The translations under genes were made by a program, and so were the position numbers. A DNA stretch of 64,000 nt from Longimicrobiales bacterium (GTDB taxonomy: Bacteria; Gemmatimonadota; Gemmatimonadetes; Longimicrobiales; Gaopeijiaceae). Below are positions 28,579-38,921 of the stretch, piece after piece (positions within the stretch are counted from its first letter, which is position 1; each line of letters starts with the position of its first letter). The notes under the pieces are model-generated. The model worked only from the letters and a program-made list of their open reading frames with translations. It was not told the DNA's origin and searched no databases. The DNA is taken from contig OZ220732.1 in assembly GCA_965116905.1 (NCBI GenBank), positions 320,001-384,000 on the forward strand. Direction: 5' to 3'.

Positions 28579-29949
28579 TCAACGTGACCTCCCCGTCGGC
28601 AGCCACCTCAGCGCGGGGTGCAGCGCAAGCAGGGCCGCGATCCCCGCCGCCGGCATCGACATGAGCGTGGCGGCGTGCGGGCCCAACACATCCGCGACCG
28701 CCCCCGTCCCCATCACCCCGATCGAGCCGACCGTCCAGGCCAGTCCCATCACGATGCCGGAACTGGCCCCGGGCGCCCGTGGCAGCATCTCCTGCGCCAT
28801 GACCACGATGGGCGGCAGCGTCGCCATTCCCAGGAAACCCGCCACCGCAATCGCGGCAAAGCCGAGGCCGGTCCAGGGTCCGAGCCAGACCGCAGCCAGG
28901 TGGGCAGGAAGTGCGAGCGCGCAAAGACGAAACAGGAGGCGGGCACGGTCCATCCGGTCGGCGAGAAGCCCGCCAGCCAGCGTGCCGAAGGCCTGCGAGC
29001 CCAGATAGACCGACAGCGCGGCCGCGCCGAGGGCTTCCGACCCACCCATCTCGGCGACGATGATCGGCTCCATCGTCAGGAACGCCCGCTGTACGAAGGT
29101 CATCACCGCGCTCACGCCAAAGATGATCCCGAGGGGGCCGGCCAGCTGACGGACGACGTAGGACGGCGGTGGAGCCGGTGCCGCGTTCCGCACTTCGAGC
29201 CGACCGCTGGGGAGTCCGAAGAAGAAGAGGGGGGCGAGCAGGAGGGCCGGAATCATCGCGACCCACAGTCCCTCCATCCCGCCCCAGGCGACCAGTCCCA
29301 CGGCCACCAGCGGGCCCGCCGAGTAGCCGACGGCTCCGCCGAACGAGAAGATCGAATAGCGGCCGCCGCCGCCCTTCCCCGCGGTCAGCCGCACCGCATA
29401 GGACGCGCCGGGCGGGTGGAAGGCCGCACCCCCCAGTCCCCCGACGACGAGAAGCAGCATCAGGATCCAGTACGACGACGCGAAGCCCATGAGCGACACG
29501 AAAACGCCGCTGACGACCACGCCACCCACCGCCAGCGCCCGGCGGCCGAAACGATCGGCCACGTACCCGAAGAAGGGCTGCGGGAGTGCCGTCGCGATGG
29601 CAAACGCCACCCCCAGCGACGCCGCCGCCGCAATCGAAATCCCCATTCCGTCCATGATGCGCGGCAACAGGGGATGCACGAACGCGGCGTAGGCATCGTT
29701 GATCCCGTGGGCCAGCGCGATGATGACGGTGATTCGGACGGTGGAAACGCCCGCGGAAACGCCCGCGGAATCCGGGCTGCGTTTCGCCTTGCCCGGGACG
29801 AGGGCTGGGTCGGGAGTCTTCAGAGTCGAAGCTGTCCTCGGCAGACGTTGAGTCGCTCTCCGTTGGCCTGTGATCCGTGTGAGCTTCCGCCGATCGGCCG
29901 GGCGGGTCAAGTGGCGCGAGCACCGTGGTCTGGAAACCCGGCGCGCCAA
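28579..29949 (-). CDS. MFS transporter, Fsr-like; true start probably downstream of 29949
   Basis: AHGINDAY, QPFFGYVADRFGRR, AAFHPPG, GGLLADRMDR, VVMAQEMLP; about 12 hydrophobic segments. Confidence 0.8.
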   Translation of the reverse strand: MARRVSRPRCSRHLTRPADRRKLTRITGQRRATQRLPRTASTLKTPDPALVPGKAKRSPDSAGVSAGVSTVRITVIIALAHGINDAYAAFVHPLLPRIMDGMGISIAAAASLGVAFAIATALPQPFFGYVADRFGRRALAVGGVVVSGVFVSLMGFASSYWILMLLLVVGGLGGAAFHPPGASYAVRLTAGKGGGGRYSIFSFGGAVGYSAGPLVAVGLVAWGGMEGLWVAMIPALLLAPLFFFGLPSGRLEVRNAAPAPPPSYVVRQLAGPLGIIFGVSAVMTFVQRAFLTMEPIIVAEMGGSEALGAAALSVYLGSQAFGTLAGGLLADRMDRARLLFRLCALALPAHLAAVWLGPWTGLGFAAIAVAGFLGMATLPPIVVMAQEMLPRAPGASSGIVMGLAWTVGSIGVMGTGAVADVLGPHAATLMSMPAAGIAALLALHPALRWLPTGRSR

Positions 29950-30074
29950 GGCCTAGTATGGATGACCTGAGACCCTGGACTTCCCGCAGCACCGGCCTCC
30001 AACGAACCGTTGCCGGGAATTGTCCCCTGAATTGCCCCCTGAAGTATGCCGAATCTCCACACCAGGACATCGCA

Positions 30075-32135
30075 ATGACCTTGATCGCAGTCCCGACCGA
30101 CCGCTTCATCACGCGCGCGCGCTCCACCGCGCTCCTCGCACTCCCCGCTCTCCTCGCGACGCTGTCCGGCTGCGCATCGCAGCCCGGCGGCGCTTCCGGC
30201 ATGGCCGCCGAGATGGCCCCGGCTGCTCCGGCCACCTTCGCCAATCCCGCGGGCCTCCACGTCAACCCGCCCACTCCCGACCCGCGCGTCGGCCTGGCGC
30301 CCGGACTCTTCGACGCGGGCGAGGCGATCTGGAACATGCGGATGCTGTCGACCACGCCGCCCGAGGAGCCGTTCGTCGGACAGACCAACTCCGACCTGGC
30401 CTTCACGGGCAACTACGCCATCCAGGGCAACTATGACGGCATACAGGTCTGGGACATCTCCGACCCGGCGAACCCGGTGTCGGTGATCACCTACGTTTGC
30501 CCCGCCTCCCAGAGTGACGTGTCGGTGTACGACAACCTGCTCTTCGTCTCCGGCGAAGGGTTTGCGGGACGGCTGGATTGCAGCGGCGAAGGCGTGCAGG
30601 AAGCTGTCAGCCACCACCGGCTCCGAGGCATCCGCATCTTCGATATCTCCGACATCGCGAACCCGGAGTACGTCGCCAACGTGCAGACCTGCCGGGGGTC
30701 GCACACGCACACCGTGCTCAAGCACCCCGACGACGACGACAACGTCTACATCTACGTCTCCGGGTCCGCTCCGGTGCGCCCCGCCGAGGAACTGGCCGGG
30801 TGCTCCGGCGGCATGCCCGACGAGGACCCCAACACCGCCCTCTTCCGAATCGAGGTCATACGGGTGCCGCTGGACAACCCGCAGGCCGCCGCCATCGTGA
30901 GTTCACCCCGGATCTTCCAGGATCTGGTGGCGCCGCCCAGGCACGGACCCGGGCCCGCCGATATAGCGGCCGCGGAGCAGGCGCGTGAGCAGGCCCTTGC
31001 AACAGGTGGTTTCGTGATCGAGATCCAGGGAGAGGTGCAGGTCCTTCCCGATCAGTTCGTCACGCCGATGCTCGACAGCATCGTTGCGGCACGAGGAGGC
31101 GAAGGCGCCCCCACCGCCGCCGACAGCACCGCGCTGCGCGAGTACGTCGACGAGATGGTTGCGCAGATGATGGGCGCGGCCGGCGGCGGCGACGGTCCGG
31201 CACCGGGCCCGACCCAGTGCCATGACATCACGGTCTACCCTGCGATCGGTCTGGCGGGCGGAGCCTGCGTCGGCTATGGGCTCCTTCTCGATATCACGGA
31301 CCCCGCCAACCCGACGCGTCTCCAGGCGGTGGCCGACTCCAACTTCGCAATATGGCACTCGGCTACCTTCAACAACGACGGAACCGCGATCCTGTTCACC
31401 GACGAATGGGGTGGTGGTGGCGCGCCGAAGTGTCGAGCCGACGACCCGGTGGAATGGGGCGCCAACGCGATCTTCACCATCGAAGACGGCGAGATGGTCT
31501 TCCAGAGCTACTACAAGCTGCCTGCGCCTCAGACCTCGCTGGAGAACTGTGTCGCCCACAACGGATCGCTTATTCCGATCCCCGGCCGCGACATCATGAT
31601 CCAGGGCTGGTACCAGGGCGGTATCTCGCTGATCGACTGGACCGACCCCACCAATCCGGTCGAGATCGGGTTCCACGACCGTGGCCCGTCGAACGCCACC
31701 AGCCAGGGGCCCGGCGGCAGCTGGTCCGTCTACTGGTACAACGGCGTGATCGTCAACTCGGAGATCGCGCGTGGGATGGACATCTTCGAGCTGGTGCCCA
31801 GCGATGTCCTCACCCGGAATGAAATCGACGCGGCGAATTCGGTCGTCCTCACCCAGCTCAACTCGCAGGGCCAGCCCATCTTCGAATGGCCGGCGACTTT
31901 TGCGCTGGCCAGGGCGTACCTTGACCAGTTGGAGCGCTGGCACGGCATGACGGCCCCACAGATCGCCTCGGCGCGCGCGGCGCTGGCCGCCGCCGAGAGC
32001 GCATCAGGGTCGGCACGGCGCGACGCGCTACGGTCCCTGTCCGCGACGCTCGACGGGCAGGCATCCGGCGCGAGCGACCCCGCCAAGGTTGCAAAACTGA
32101 TTGACGCGGTTCAGCGACTGGCCGACGCCGGATAG
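30075..32135 (+). CDS. LVIVD-repeat lipoprotein (paralog 1)
   Basis: Lipobox LSGC; NSDLAF, QGNYDG, CPASQSDVSVY, CRGSHTHT, QCHDITV, ENCVAHNG, WYQGG, GGSWSVYWYNG. Confidence 0.8.
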   Translation: MTLIAVPTDRFITRARSTALLALPALLATLSGCASQPGGASGMAAEMAPAAPATFANPAGLHVNPPTPDPRVGLAPGLFDAGEAIWNMRMLSTTPPEEPFVGQTNSDLAFTGNYAIQGNYDGIQVWDISDPANPVSVITYVCPASQSDVSVYDNLLFVSGEGFAGRLDCSGEGVQEAVSHHRLRGIRIFDISDIANPEYVANVQTCRGSHTHTVLKHPDDDDNVYIYVSGSAPVRPAEELAGCSGGMPDEDPNTALFRIEVIRVPLDNPQAAAIVSSPRIFQDLVAPPRHGPGPADIAAAEQAREQALATGGFVIEIQGEVQVLPDQFVTPMLDSIVAARGGEGAPTAADSTALREYVDEMVAQMMGAAGGGDGPAPGPTQCHDITVYPAIGLAGGACVGYGLLLDITDPANPTRLQAVADSNFAIWHSATFNNDGTAILFTDEWGGGGAPKCRADDPVEWGANAIFTIEDGEMVFQSYYKLPAPQTSLENCVAHNGSLIPIPGRDIMIQGWYQGGISLIDWTDPTNPVEIGFHDRGPSNATSQGPGGSWSVYWYNGVIVNSEIARGMDIFELVPSDVLTRNEIDAANSVVLTQLNSQGQPIFEWPATFALARAYLDQLERWHGMTAPQIASARAALAAAESASGSARRDALRSLSATLDGQASGASDPAKVAKLIDAVQRLADAG

Positions 32136-32148
32136 GAGTATGGTGCAC

Positions 32149-32928
32149 ATGAAGAGCAGACAGGATGCCCACCCGGTGACCCACCCCGGCAGACCCTGGT
32201 CGCCCCTCATCGTCCTGATCCTGGCGGGTTCCTTGCAAGCGTGTGCCGCTGGACCCGGCGCCTCACCCGGATCCCCGACGCCGGCTGGTGCGGCGGCGGC
32301 GACCACCACTGCTGCCGAGCCGGACCCTCCCCCCAGCCGTCCCGACGCCGCCAGGATCGCGGAACTCGAGGCAATCTATCAGCAGCGAGCCGAAGAGGTG
32401 CTGCGGCACTATCACGAAGGCGACGTCCACTTCATGACCGGGATGATCGGACACCACGCCCAGGCGCTGCTCATGTGCGGTTTCGCGCCCGGAAACGACG
32501 CCAGCGCCAACATGCAGACGATGTGCGAGCGTATCATCAGCTCGCAGCAGGACGAGATCAACCTGATGCAGCGATGGTTGCGTGATCGCGGCCTCGAGGT
32601 CCCCGAAGTCCACATCGCCGATGGCGAACTGATGATCCACGGGCCCGAACACGCGCACCACATGCCCGGAATGCTGTCCCCGGAGCAGGTGGACGACCTG
32701 CGCAACGCGCGCGGACAGGACTTCGATCGCCTCTTCCTCGTGTACATGATCCAGCACCACGAGGGTGCGGTGACCATGGTGGACGACTTGTTCGCCACCG
32801 ATGGCGCCGCCCAGGGTGACGACCTGATCTTCAGGCTCGCTTCAGATATACAGGCCGACCAGACCTCCGAGATAAGACGCATGGAATTGATGCTGGAAGC
32901 GATGACCCCGGGTGGGTCCAACGGCTGA
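32149..32928 (+). CDS. DUF305 (ferritin-like) lipoprotein
   Basis: Lipobox LQAC; DVHFMTGMIGHHAQA, MPGMLS, FDRLFLVYMIQHHEGAVTM; start 32140 or 32149. Confidence 0.85.
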   Translation: MKSRQDAHPVTHPGRPWSPLIVLILAGSLQACAAGPGASPGSPTPAGAAAATTTAAEPDPPPSRPDAARIAELEAIYQQRAEEVLRHYHEGDVHFMTGMIGHHAQALLMCGFAPGNDASANMQTMCERIISSQQDEINLMQRWLRDRGLEVPEVHIADGELMIHGPEHAHHMPGMLSPEQVDDLRNARGQDFDRLFLVYMIQHHEGAVTMVDDLFATDGAAQGDDLIFRLASDIQADQTSEIRRMELMLEAMTPGGSNG

Positions 32929-32976
32929 CAGGAGATACTCCGACGGCATCCCACACTGTTTCAGGAAGAAGTCAAA

Positions 32977-35049
32977 ATGACGCCGACCGACGCCGCGAAC
33001 GACCGTTCGCCAACCCTTCTTCGCCTTGCGGCGCTTTTTCCCCTGGCGGCCCTCCTGGCCATGCTCCCGGGGTGCGCTTCGCAACCCATGCAGGACGCCC
33101 CGGCGCCGGCGGGTGAACCCGATGCACCCCCGCCGCTGAGCGACGCCCCGCAGGCCACGTTCGCGCATCCCCCCGGCCTGATGGTCAACGCGCCCGATCC
33201 CGACCCCCGCGTCGGATTGGCGCCCGGGCTGTTCGATGCCGAAGAGGCGATCTGGAACATGCGCATGCTGTCGACCACGCCTCCCGAGCGCCCGTTCGTG
33301 GGCTCCACCAACTCCGACCTCGCCTTCACCGGCGACTATGCGATTCAGGGCAACTATGACGGCATACAGGTCTGGGACATCTCCGACCCGCGCAATCCGG
33401 TGTCGGTCATCACCTACAGTTGCCCGGCTTCGCAGAGCGACGTGTCGGTCTACAACAACCTGATGTTCGTTTCGGGTGAAGGGCTCGCCGGGCGGCTGGA
33501 CTGCGGTGATCAGGGCATCGAGGAGGCGGTGAGCCACCACCGGCTGCGCGGCATCCGCATCTTCGACATCTCCGACATCGCGAATCCGGAATACGTCGCC
33601 AACGTGCAGACCTGCCGGGGCTCGCACACGCACACGGTCCTCAAGCACCCCGGTGACGACGACAACGTCTACATCTACGTGTCCGGTTCGGCAGGGGTGC
33701 GTCCGCCCGAGGAGCTCGCCGGATGCTCGGGCCTGTCGCCCGACGAGGACCCCAATTCGGCCCTCTTCCGGATCGAGGTGATCCGCGTCCCGCTCGACGA
33801 CCCGCAATCGGCCGAAATTGCAAGTTCGCCACGGATCTTCCATGACCTGGTCGCGCCGCCAAGGCACGGACTGTCACCGGCAGACTACGAGGAGCTCGAT
33901 GCAGCGCGTGCAAGAGGCGACCTCATCGGCTACCGCCGGGGCCAGCCCAGGGTGCTCCCGGATCGGATGGTCCGACCCATGCTGGACAGCGTGGTGGCCG
34001 CACGCGGAGGCACCGGCGAGCCCACCGCGGCAGACCGGGCGGCATTGCAGGCCGCGCTCGACGAGCAGGGCCGCATGCAGGCCGAGCAGGCAGAACAACA
34101 GGCCGACGAACCTCGTCCGGGCCCCACGCAGTGCCACGACATCACCGTCTACCCCGCGATCGGCCTCGCCGGCGGCGCCTGCGGCGGGTACGGGCTGCTG
34201 CTCGACATCACCGACCCCGCAAACCCCATACGCCTGGCGGCCGTCGCCGACTCGAACTTTTCCCTGTGGCATTCGGCGACTTTCAACAACGACGGCACCA
34301 CGATCATGTTCACCGACGAGTGGGGCGGCGGCGGCCAGCCCAAGTGCCGCGCCTCCGACCCGAAGGAGTGGGGCGCCAACGCGACCTTCACCATCGAAGA
34401 CGGCGACATGATCTTCCAGGCCTACTACAAGCTGCCGGCGCCGCAGAGTTCACTGGAGAACTGTGTCGCCCATAACGGATCGCTCATCCCGATCCCGGGG
34501 CGGGACATCATGATCCAGGGCTGGTATCAGGGCGGGATCTCGCTGATCGACTGGACCGACCCGGCCAACCCGGTCGAGATCGGCTTCCACGACCGCGGCC
34601 CGTCCGACGGCACCCGCCAGGGGTCCGGCGGCAGCTGGTCGGTCTACTGGTACAACGGCGTCATCGTCAATTCCGAGATTTCACGCGGCCTGGACATCTT
34701 CGAACTTGTGCCGAGCGAGTCGCTCACGCAGAACGAGATCGACGCCGCCAACTCCGTCGTGCTGACCCAGCTCAACTCGCAGGGCCAGCCGATCTTCGAG
34801 TGGCCGGCCACCTTTGCGCTGGCGCGCGCGTATCTGGACCAGCTGGAGCGCTGGCACGGGATGACGGCATCGCAGATCGCGGCGGCACGTGACGCGTTGT
34901 CGCGAGCCGAGGGCATGTCGGGAAGTGCCCGCACAGAGGCTCTGCGCTCGCTGGCTGCGGAACTCGACGCGCAGGCAGGCGGAGCCGCGGACCGGGACAG
35001 GGCTGCGACGCTGGCGGACGCGGTCCGGCGCCTGGCAGAGGGAGGCTAG
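32977..35049 (+). CDS. LVIVD-repeat lipoprotein (paralog 2)
   Basis: Lipobox LPGC; nearly identical to 30075-32135 over most of its length. Confidence 0.8.
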   Translation: MTPTDAANDRSPTLLRLAALFPLAALLAMLPGCASQPMQDAPAPAGEPDAPPPLSDAPQATFAHPPGLMVNAPDPDPRVGLAPGLFDAEEAIWNMRMLSTTPPERPFVGSTNSDLAFTGDYAIQGNYDGIQVWDISDPRNPVSVITYSCPASQSDVSVYNNLMFVSGEGLAGRLDCGDQGIEEAVSHHRLRGIRIFDISDIANPEYVANVQTCRGSHTHTVLKHPGDDDNVYIYVSGSAGVRPPEELAGCSGLSPDEDPNSALFRIEVIRVPLDDPQSAEIASSPRIFHDLVAPPRHGLSPADYEELDAARARGDLIGYRRGQPRVLPDRMVRPMLDSVVAARGGTGEPTAADRAALQAALDEQGRMQAEQAEQQADEPRPGPTQCHDITVYPAIGLAGGACGGYGLLLDITDPANPIRLAAVADSNFSLWHSATFNNDGTTIMFTDEWGGGGQPKCRASDPKEWGANATFTIEDGDMIFQAYYKLPAPQSSLENCVAHNGSLIPIPGRDIMIQGWYQGGISLIDWTDPANPVEIGFHDRGPSDGTRQGSGGSWSVYWYNGVIVNSEISRGLDIFELVPSESLTQNEIDAANSVVLTQLNSQGQPIFEWPATFALARAYLDQLERWHGMTASQIAAARDALSRAEGMSGSARTEALRSLAAELDAQAGGAADRDRAATLADAVRRLAEGG

Positions 35050-35053
35050 CCCG

Positions 35054-35794
35054 CTAGCGGGTACCCAGCGAGACGCCGACCCGGTACGTCAACAGGTTGG
35101 CGTCGCTGACGACGGGATTGGCCCGCCAGCCACCACGCGGGAGCTGGTGCAGGTTTTGGGCGCCGTCGGTCAGGTACTCGGTCAGCCCGTTGTGCTGATA
35201 GTGCGCCGTGAGGTCGAGCGAAATCGGTTTCTCGCCCTCGCGCAGCGACACGGACAGGCCTGCGCCCGCGGCGAGCGCCAGGCTGAAGTCGTCGAAGTTG
35301 GTTGTGGACGCGAACGGCTCGTCGTAACTGTCCCCGCTGACGCTGGTCTCGGTGACGAAGTACGAGAAACCCGCCGTGCCGAAGAAGTACGGCCGGAGCG
35401 GACCGCTCCCCAGGTAGACCTGCGGACCCACACCCAGGGCGAAGATCGAGTTGGTCGTCGAAACGTCGACATCCACAAACGGGACCGTGGGGCTCAGCGA
35501 GGTCCGGTAGGACTCGTGCCCGTATACCACGAACGACCCTTCCACGCGGATGGCCGCAAGACCCCGCTCGTCCAGGAACAGCAGCCCGGCCAGTCCGGTG
35601 CCCCCACCCAGGTTCACATGGTTTCCGAACTCTCCGACGGGCACCGCGAGGGCGCCATGGAAATGGAACTCGGCCCTGAGCGGCTCCGGGCCACCCGCGA
35701 ACTGCGCGTCGTTCCGCTGGCCTGCCGCGCCGCCGGGCGACACGGCCCCCGCCAGCACGACGGCTCCCGCCAGTGCAATCGTCTTCGCTGTCAT
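35054..35794 (-). CDS. Small outer-membrane beta-barrel protein
   Basis: Signal peptide; alternating amphipathic strands; RPYFFGTAG; C-terminal YRVGVSLG. Confidence 0.65.
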   Translation of the reverse strand: MTAKTIALAGAVVLAGAVSPGGAAGQRNDAQFAGGPEPLRAEFHFHGALAVPVGEFGNHVNLGGGTGLAGLLFLDERGLAAIRVEGSFVVYGHESYRTSLSPTVPFVDVDVSTTNSIFALGVGPQVYLGSGPLRPYFFGTAGFSYFVTETSVSGDSYDEPFASTTNFDDFSLALAAGAGLSVSLREGEKPISLDLTAHYQHNGLTEYLTDGAQNLHQLPRGGWRANPVVSDANLLTYRVGVSLGTR

Positions 35795-35810
35795 CGTCGC
35801 CGCCTTCCCG

Positions 35811-37568
35811 CTAATCGCTCACTCCCCTGCCCCGCGCGTCCCTGTCGCGCCGGTCGAGCACCGCTCCCGGCAGGGCCCCGGTAGCTTCCCCGCCGTCGAC
35901 CGTGAACCGGCCGTTCACGAGTACGAATTCGATACCCGTCGGGTAGAGGTCCGGTTCCATGATGGTCGCCGGCGAGGTGATGTCGTCGTAGTCGAAAACC
36001 ACGATGTCGGCCTTGTAGCCTTCCCGCAGGTACCCGCGGTCGCCGAGCCCGATGATCTGCGCCGCCAGCCCGGTCGACGACCGGATCGCAAACGGCAGCG
36101 TGATCACGCCGCGCTCCTTCACGTAGTGGGAGATCTTGCGCGCGAACGCCCCGTACGAGCGGGGGTGCTGCCCCGGCCGCGTCCAGAGCGAGACCGAGCC
36201 GTCGGTGGAGGTCGCCGTGTACTCCTGGCGCATGTAGTTCTCGACATCGAAGCGGTGGCCTGCCACGGGCCGGAAGCGCACGCCCGCTGGCGCGAGTTCG
36301 GTCGATTCGAGGGCAAAATGAACGAGTTGTTCAAAGGGCGACCGCCCTGATTCGGCGGCGATCTCCGCGAGGTGCCGGCCCACCGTTTGGGGAAAGTCGG
36401 GTGCGGAGACGACGATGTGCCTGTCCGCGCCACCCTGCAGGCGCAGAATGTACTCCGTGTCCCGCTCCAGATCGGCCGCGGCGGCGGGATCGGCCAGATT
36501 GGCGCGCAGATTGCCCTTCGGGTCGCTCATCAGCTCCGGGTCGCGCCAGAGCGGCGCGTCGAGCCCGCCGCTGCGATCGGTCCCGGGAGGCGCGTAGCCC
36601 CAATCCGGCAGCACGTCGACGGGCCCGCCGCCGAAGGTCTCGTACGGGTACTGGTCCAGGTAGACGTCCACCCCGTCGCGCCGCGCGGCCTCGATCATGA
36701 GGACATCCGTCTGCGAATGACCCCAGGTGTCGGTCCCCTTGGCCTTGATGTGCGTTCCCACCACCCGGATTCCGGCCGCCCGGCCGATCTCGATCGTCTC
36801 GCGCATCCCCTCGGTGCCGGTGAGCGGCTGCCCGTCCACGATCGAGGGAATCTGCCAGAGCGGCAGCGGGGACTGGCTTCGCTGGTGCGAGTAGTAGAAC
36901 CCGTCGTAGGGCGCGACTTCCTTCGCCAGCGCGATCAGTTCCTCGGTGGTGCTGAATCGGCCGGGCCGGTACTCGGGTCCGGCGCCGAGCCCCCATGCTC
37001 CGGCTTCCATTCCGGCGCGCACGAGTTCCGCCATCCGCGCGATCTCGTCGGCCGTCGCGGAGCGTTCGTAGTCATCCCCCATGACCAGCCCCCGCACGGT
37101 ACCGTGTCCGACCATCGGCACCACATTCGTGGCCACGCCCGGGGTACGGTAGGCCTCCATCTCGGCCGGGATCGGCCACACCGGATTGCGCCCGTCCGGG
37201 CCGAATACCGAGGTGGTGATCCCCTGCATGACCAGGTTGTGCGCGCGGCGGCCCTCGACGTTGTCGGACGCGAAGGCGCGGTCGGCGTGGGAGTGCATGT
37301 CGATGAAGCCGGGCACGACGTACTTGCTGGCGGCGTCGATCACGCGCACGGCGGTGGCGTTCGGCAACCGTCCGATGGCGACGATCCGGTCGCCGTTGAT
37401 GCCCACGTCCGCCGTAAACGCGGGGCTCCCCGACCCGTCGAGGACCATGCCGCCCCGGATGAGGAGGTCGAACTGCTGGGCGGATGCGGCGGCGGGAAAA
37501 GCGAGGGTGATGGCGGCGAGGGCGGCGGCGGCGGCGAGGAGCGCGGCCGAGCGAGTGATTTGGCGCAT
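35811..37568 (-). CDS. Secreted N-acyl-D-amino-acid deacylase (amidohydrolase)
   Basis: DLLIRGGMVLDGSG, PGFIDMHSHAD, DQYPY, HPRSYGAF, DRGYLREGYKADIVVFD; signal peptide ending ASAQQ. Confidence 0.85.
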   Translation of the reverse strand: MRQITRSAALLAAAAALAAITLAFPAAASAQQFDLLIRGGMVLDGSGSPAFTADVGINGDRIVAIGRLPNATAVRVIDAASKYVVPGFIDMHSHADRAFASDNVEGRRAHNLVMQGITTSVFGPDGRNPVWPIPAEMEAYRTPGVATNVVPMVGHGTVRGLVMGDDYERSATADEIARMAELVRAGMEAGAWGLGAGPEYRPGRFSTTEELIALAKEVAPYDGFYYSHQRSQSPLPLWQIPSIVDGQPLTGTEGMRETIEIGRAAGIRVVGTHIKAKGTDTWGHSQTDVLMIEAARRDGVDVYLDQYPYETFGGGPVDVLPDWGYAPPGTDRSGGLDAPLWRDPELMSDPKGNLRANLADPAAAADLERDTEYILRLQGGADRHIVVSAPDFPQTVGRHLAEIAAESGRSPFEQLVHFALESTELAPAGVRFRPVAGHRFDVENYMRQEYTATSTDGSVSLWTRPGQHPRSYGAFARKISHYVKERGVITLPFAIRSSTGLAAQIIGLGDRGYLREGYKADIVVFDYDDITSPATIMEPDLYPTGIEFVLVNGRFTVDGGEATGALPGAVLDRRDRDARGRGVSD

Positions 37569-37573
37569 GATGT

Positions 37574-37756
37574 CTACCATAGGACGGGTGCGGGATAGCG
37601 GGCGATGATTTCGTCGGGGGTCACGATGGTCATTCCGTACAGGATGGCCTGGGAGACGAGTCCGCGATCGAAGGGATCGCTGTGGAGGGGTGGAAGACGA
37701 TGATCGTGCGCGGCGGCCCGCTCGTCAAAGGGAAGGGCTTCGAGGCCGAGCCATCC
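37574..37756 (-). pseudogene. 3' remnant of a PIN/VapC toxin gene overlapping the end of queG
   Basis: WLGLEALPFDE..AAH...LPPLHSDPFDRGLVSQAILYGMTIVTPDEIIARYPAPVLW is a VapC-type C-terminal half; no N-terminal LLDT motif, start codon or antitoxin. Confidence 0.75.
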
Positions 37757-38837
37757 GCTCAAGCGCCCACCGCGCGTGCTCGCGCACCAGTTCCGAGCGG
37801 TCGCGGGCCGCTCGCTCCAACACCGGGACGGCCGCTTCCGAGCCCGAGTTGCCGAGAGCCACGCAGACATTCCGCAGCAGGCCGTTGCGACGGGCGCGCG
37901 AGACCGGCGAGTCCCGGAACTCTCGCATGAACGCCTTGCCGGACATGTCCAGCAGCCGCGCGGCGAGGTCGATCAGCGATACGCCGTCCAGGCCGTCGCG
38001 CGGTGCGTAGGCGGGCTCGGCGGCGGGCCCCGAGAACTTCTCGTTCCAGGGACACACTTCCTGACAGATGTCGCAGCCGAACACGCGGTTGCCGATCGCG
38101 GAACGCAGTTCCTCGGGGATGGGGCCCTTCAGTTCGATCGTCAGGTACGAAATGCAGAGACGCGCGTCCATCACCGGCGCACCCCGCTCGTCGCGCCCGA
38201 GGAGGGCGCCGGTCGGGCAGGCGTCGAGACAGCGCTGGCACGTGCCGCAGTGGTCCTCGCGGAAGGGGGCGCTGGGTTCCAGCGGCAGATCGGTGAGCAG
38301 GACGCCCAGGAAGAAGTACGAGCCCCGGCGCGGGTGGATGAGCATCGTGTTCTTCCCGAACCATCCCAGCCCGGCGCGCGCGGCGAGTTCCCGTTCCAGA
38401 AGCGGTCCCGTGTCGACGTAGGCGCGGTGCCGGACGGGACGCCCCGCGAGGTGTTCGAGGCGGTCCGCGAGGGCTTCCAGCTTGTCGCCGACGACGTGGT
38501 GGTAATCGCGGCCGCGTGCATAGCGGGCGACGATCGCGCGGGCGGGGTCGCCGTGGGGGGTGGCGGGCTCGCCGCCGGGTGGGGTGGCGGGTTCGCCGCC
38601 GCCGTACGAGTGGGCAACCACGAGTGCGCTGCGGAAGCCGGGCAGGGTGCGGTCGAGATCGGATCGGCGACTCACCGCGTCGGTGCGGGCAAGGTAGGCC
38701 ATCTCGCCGTGTAGCCCCGAGTCGACCCATGCCCGGAAGTGAGCCATGTGATCGCTGTCGCCCCGGGTGAGGACGCCGGCCATGTCAAAGCCGATGGCGC
38801 GGGCCTCGGCGACGGCGTGTGCAGTGTCCAGGGTCAT
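37725..38837 (-). CDS. queG: tRNA epoxyqueuosine(34) reductase
   Basis: ARYARGRDYH, YVDTGPLLERELAARAGLGWFGKN, CGTCQRCLDACPTGA, CISYLTIE, FGCDICQEVCPWN; HEAT-like tail. Confidence 0.95.
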   Translation of the reverse strand: MTLDTAHAVAEARAIGFDMAGVLTRGDSDHMAHFRAWVDSGLHGEMAYLARTDAVSRRSDLDRTLPGFRSALVVAHSYGGGEPATPPGGEPATPHGDPARAIVARYARGRDYHHVVGDKLEALADRLEHLAGRPVRHRAYVDTGPLLERELAARAGLGWFGKNTMLIHPRRGSYFFLGVLLTDLPLEPSAPFREDHCGTCQRCLDACPTGALLGRDERGAPVMDARLCISYLTIELKGPIPEELRSAIGNRVFGCDICQEVCPWNEKFSGPAAEPAYAPRDGLDGVSLIDLAARLLDMSGKAFMREFRDSPVSRARRNGLLRNVCVALGNSGSEAAVPVLERAARDRSELVREHARWALERMARPRSPSL

Positions 38838-38921
38838 GCTACCATAGTTCGTCGGTTCGGTCCCCAACCGCCACATCGGCGAGTGGGCGAGCGACCCCAT
38901 CCCCAGCCCGAAGGAGAGACG

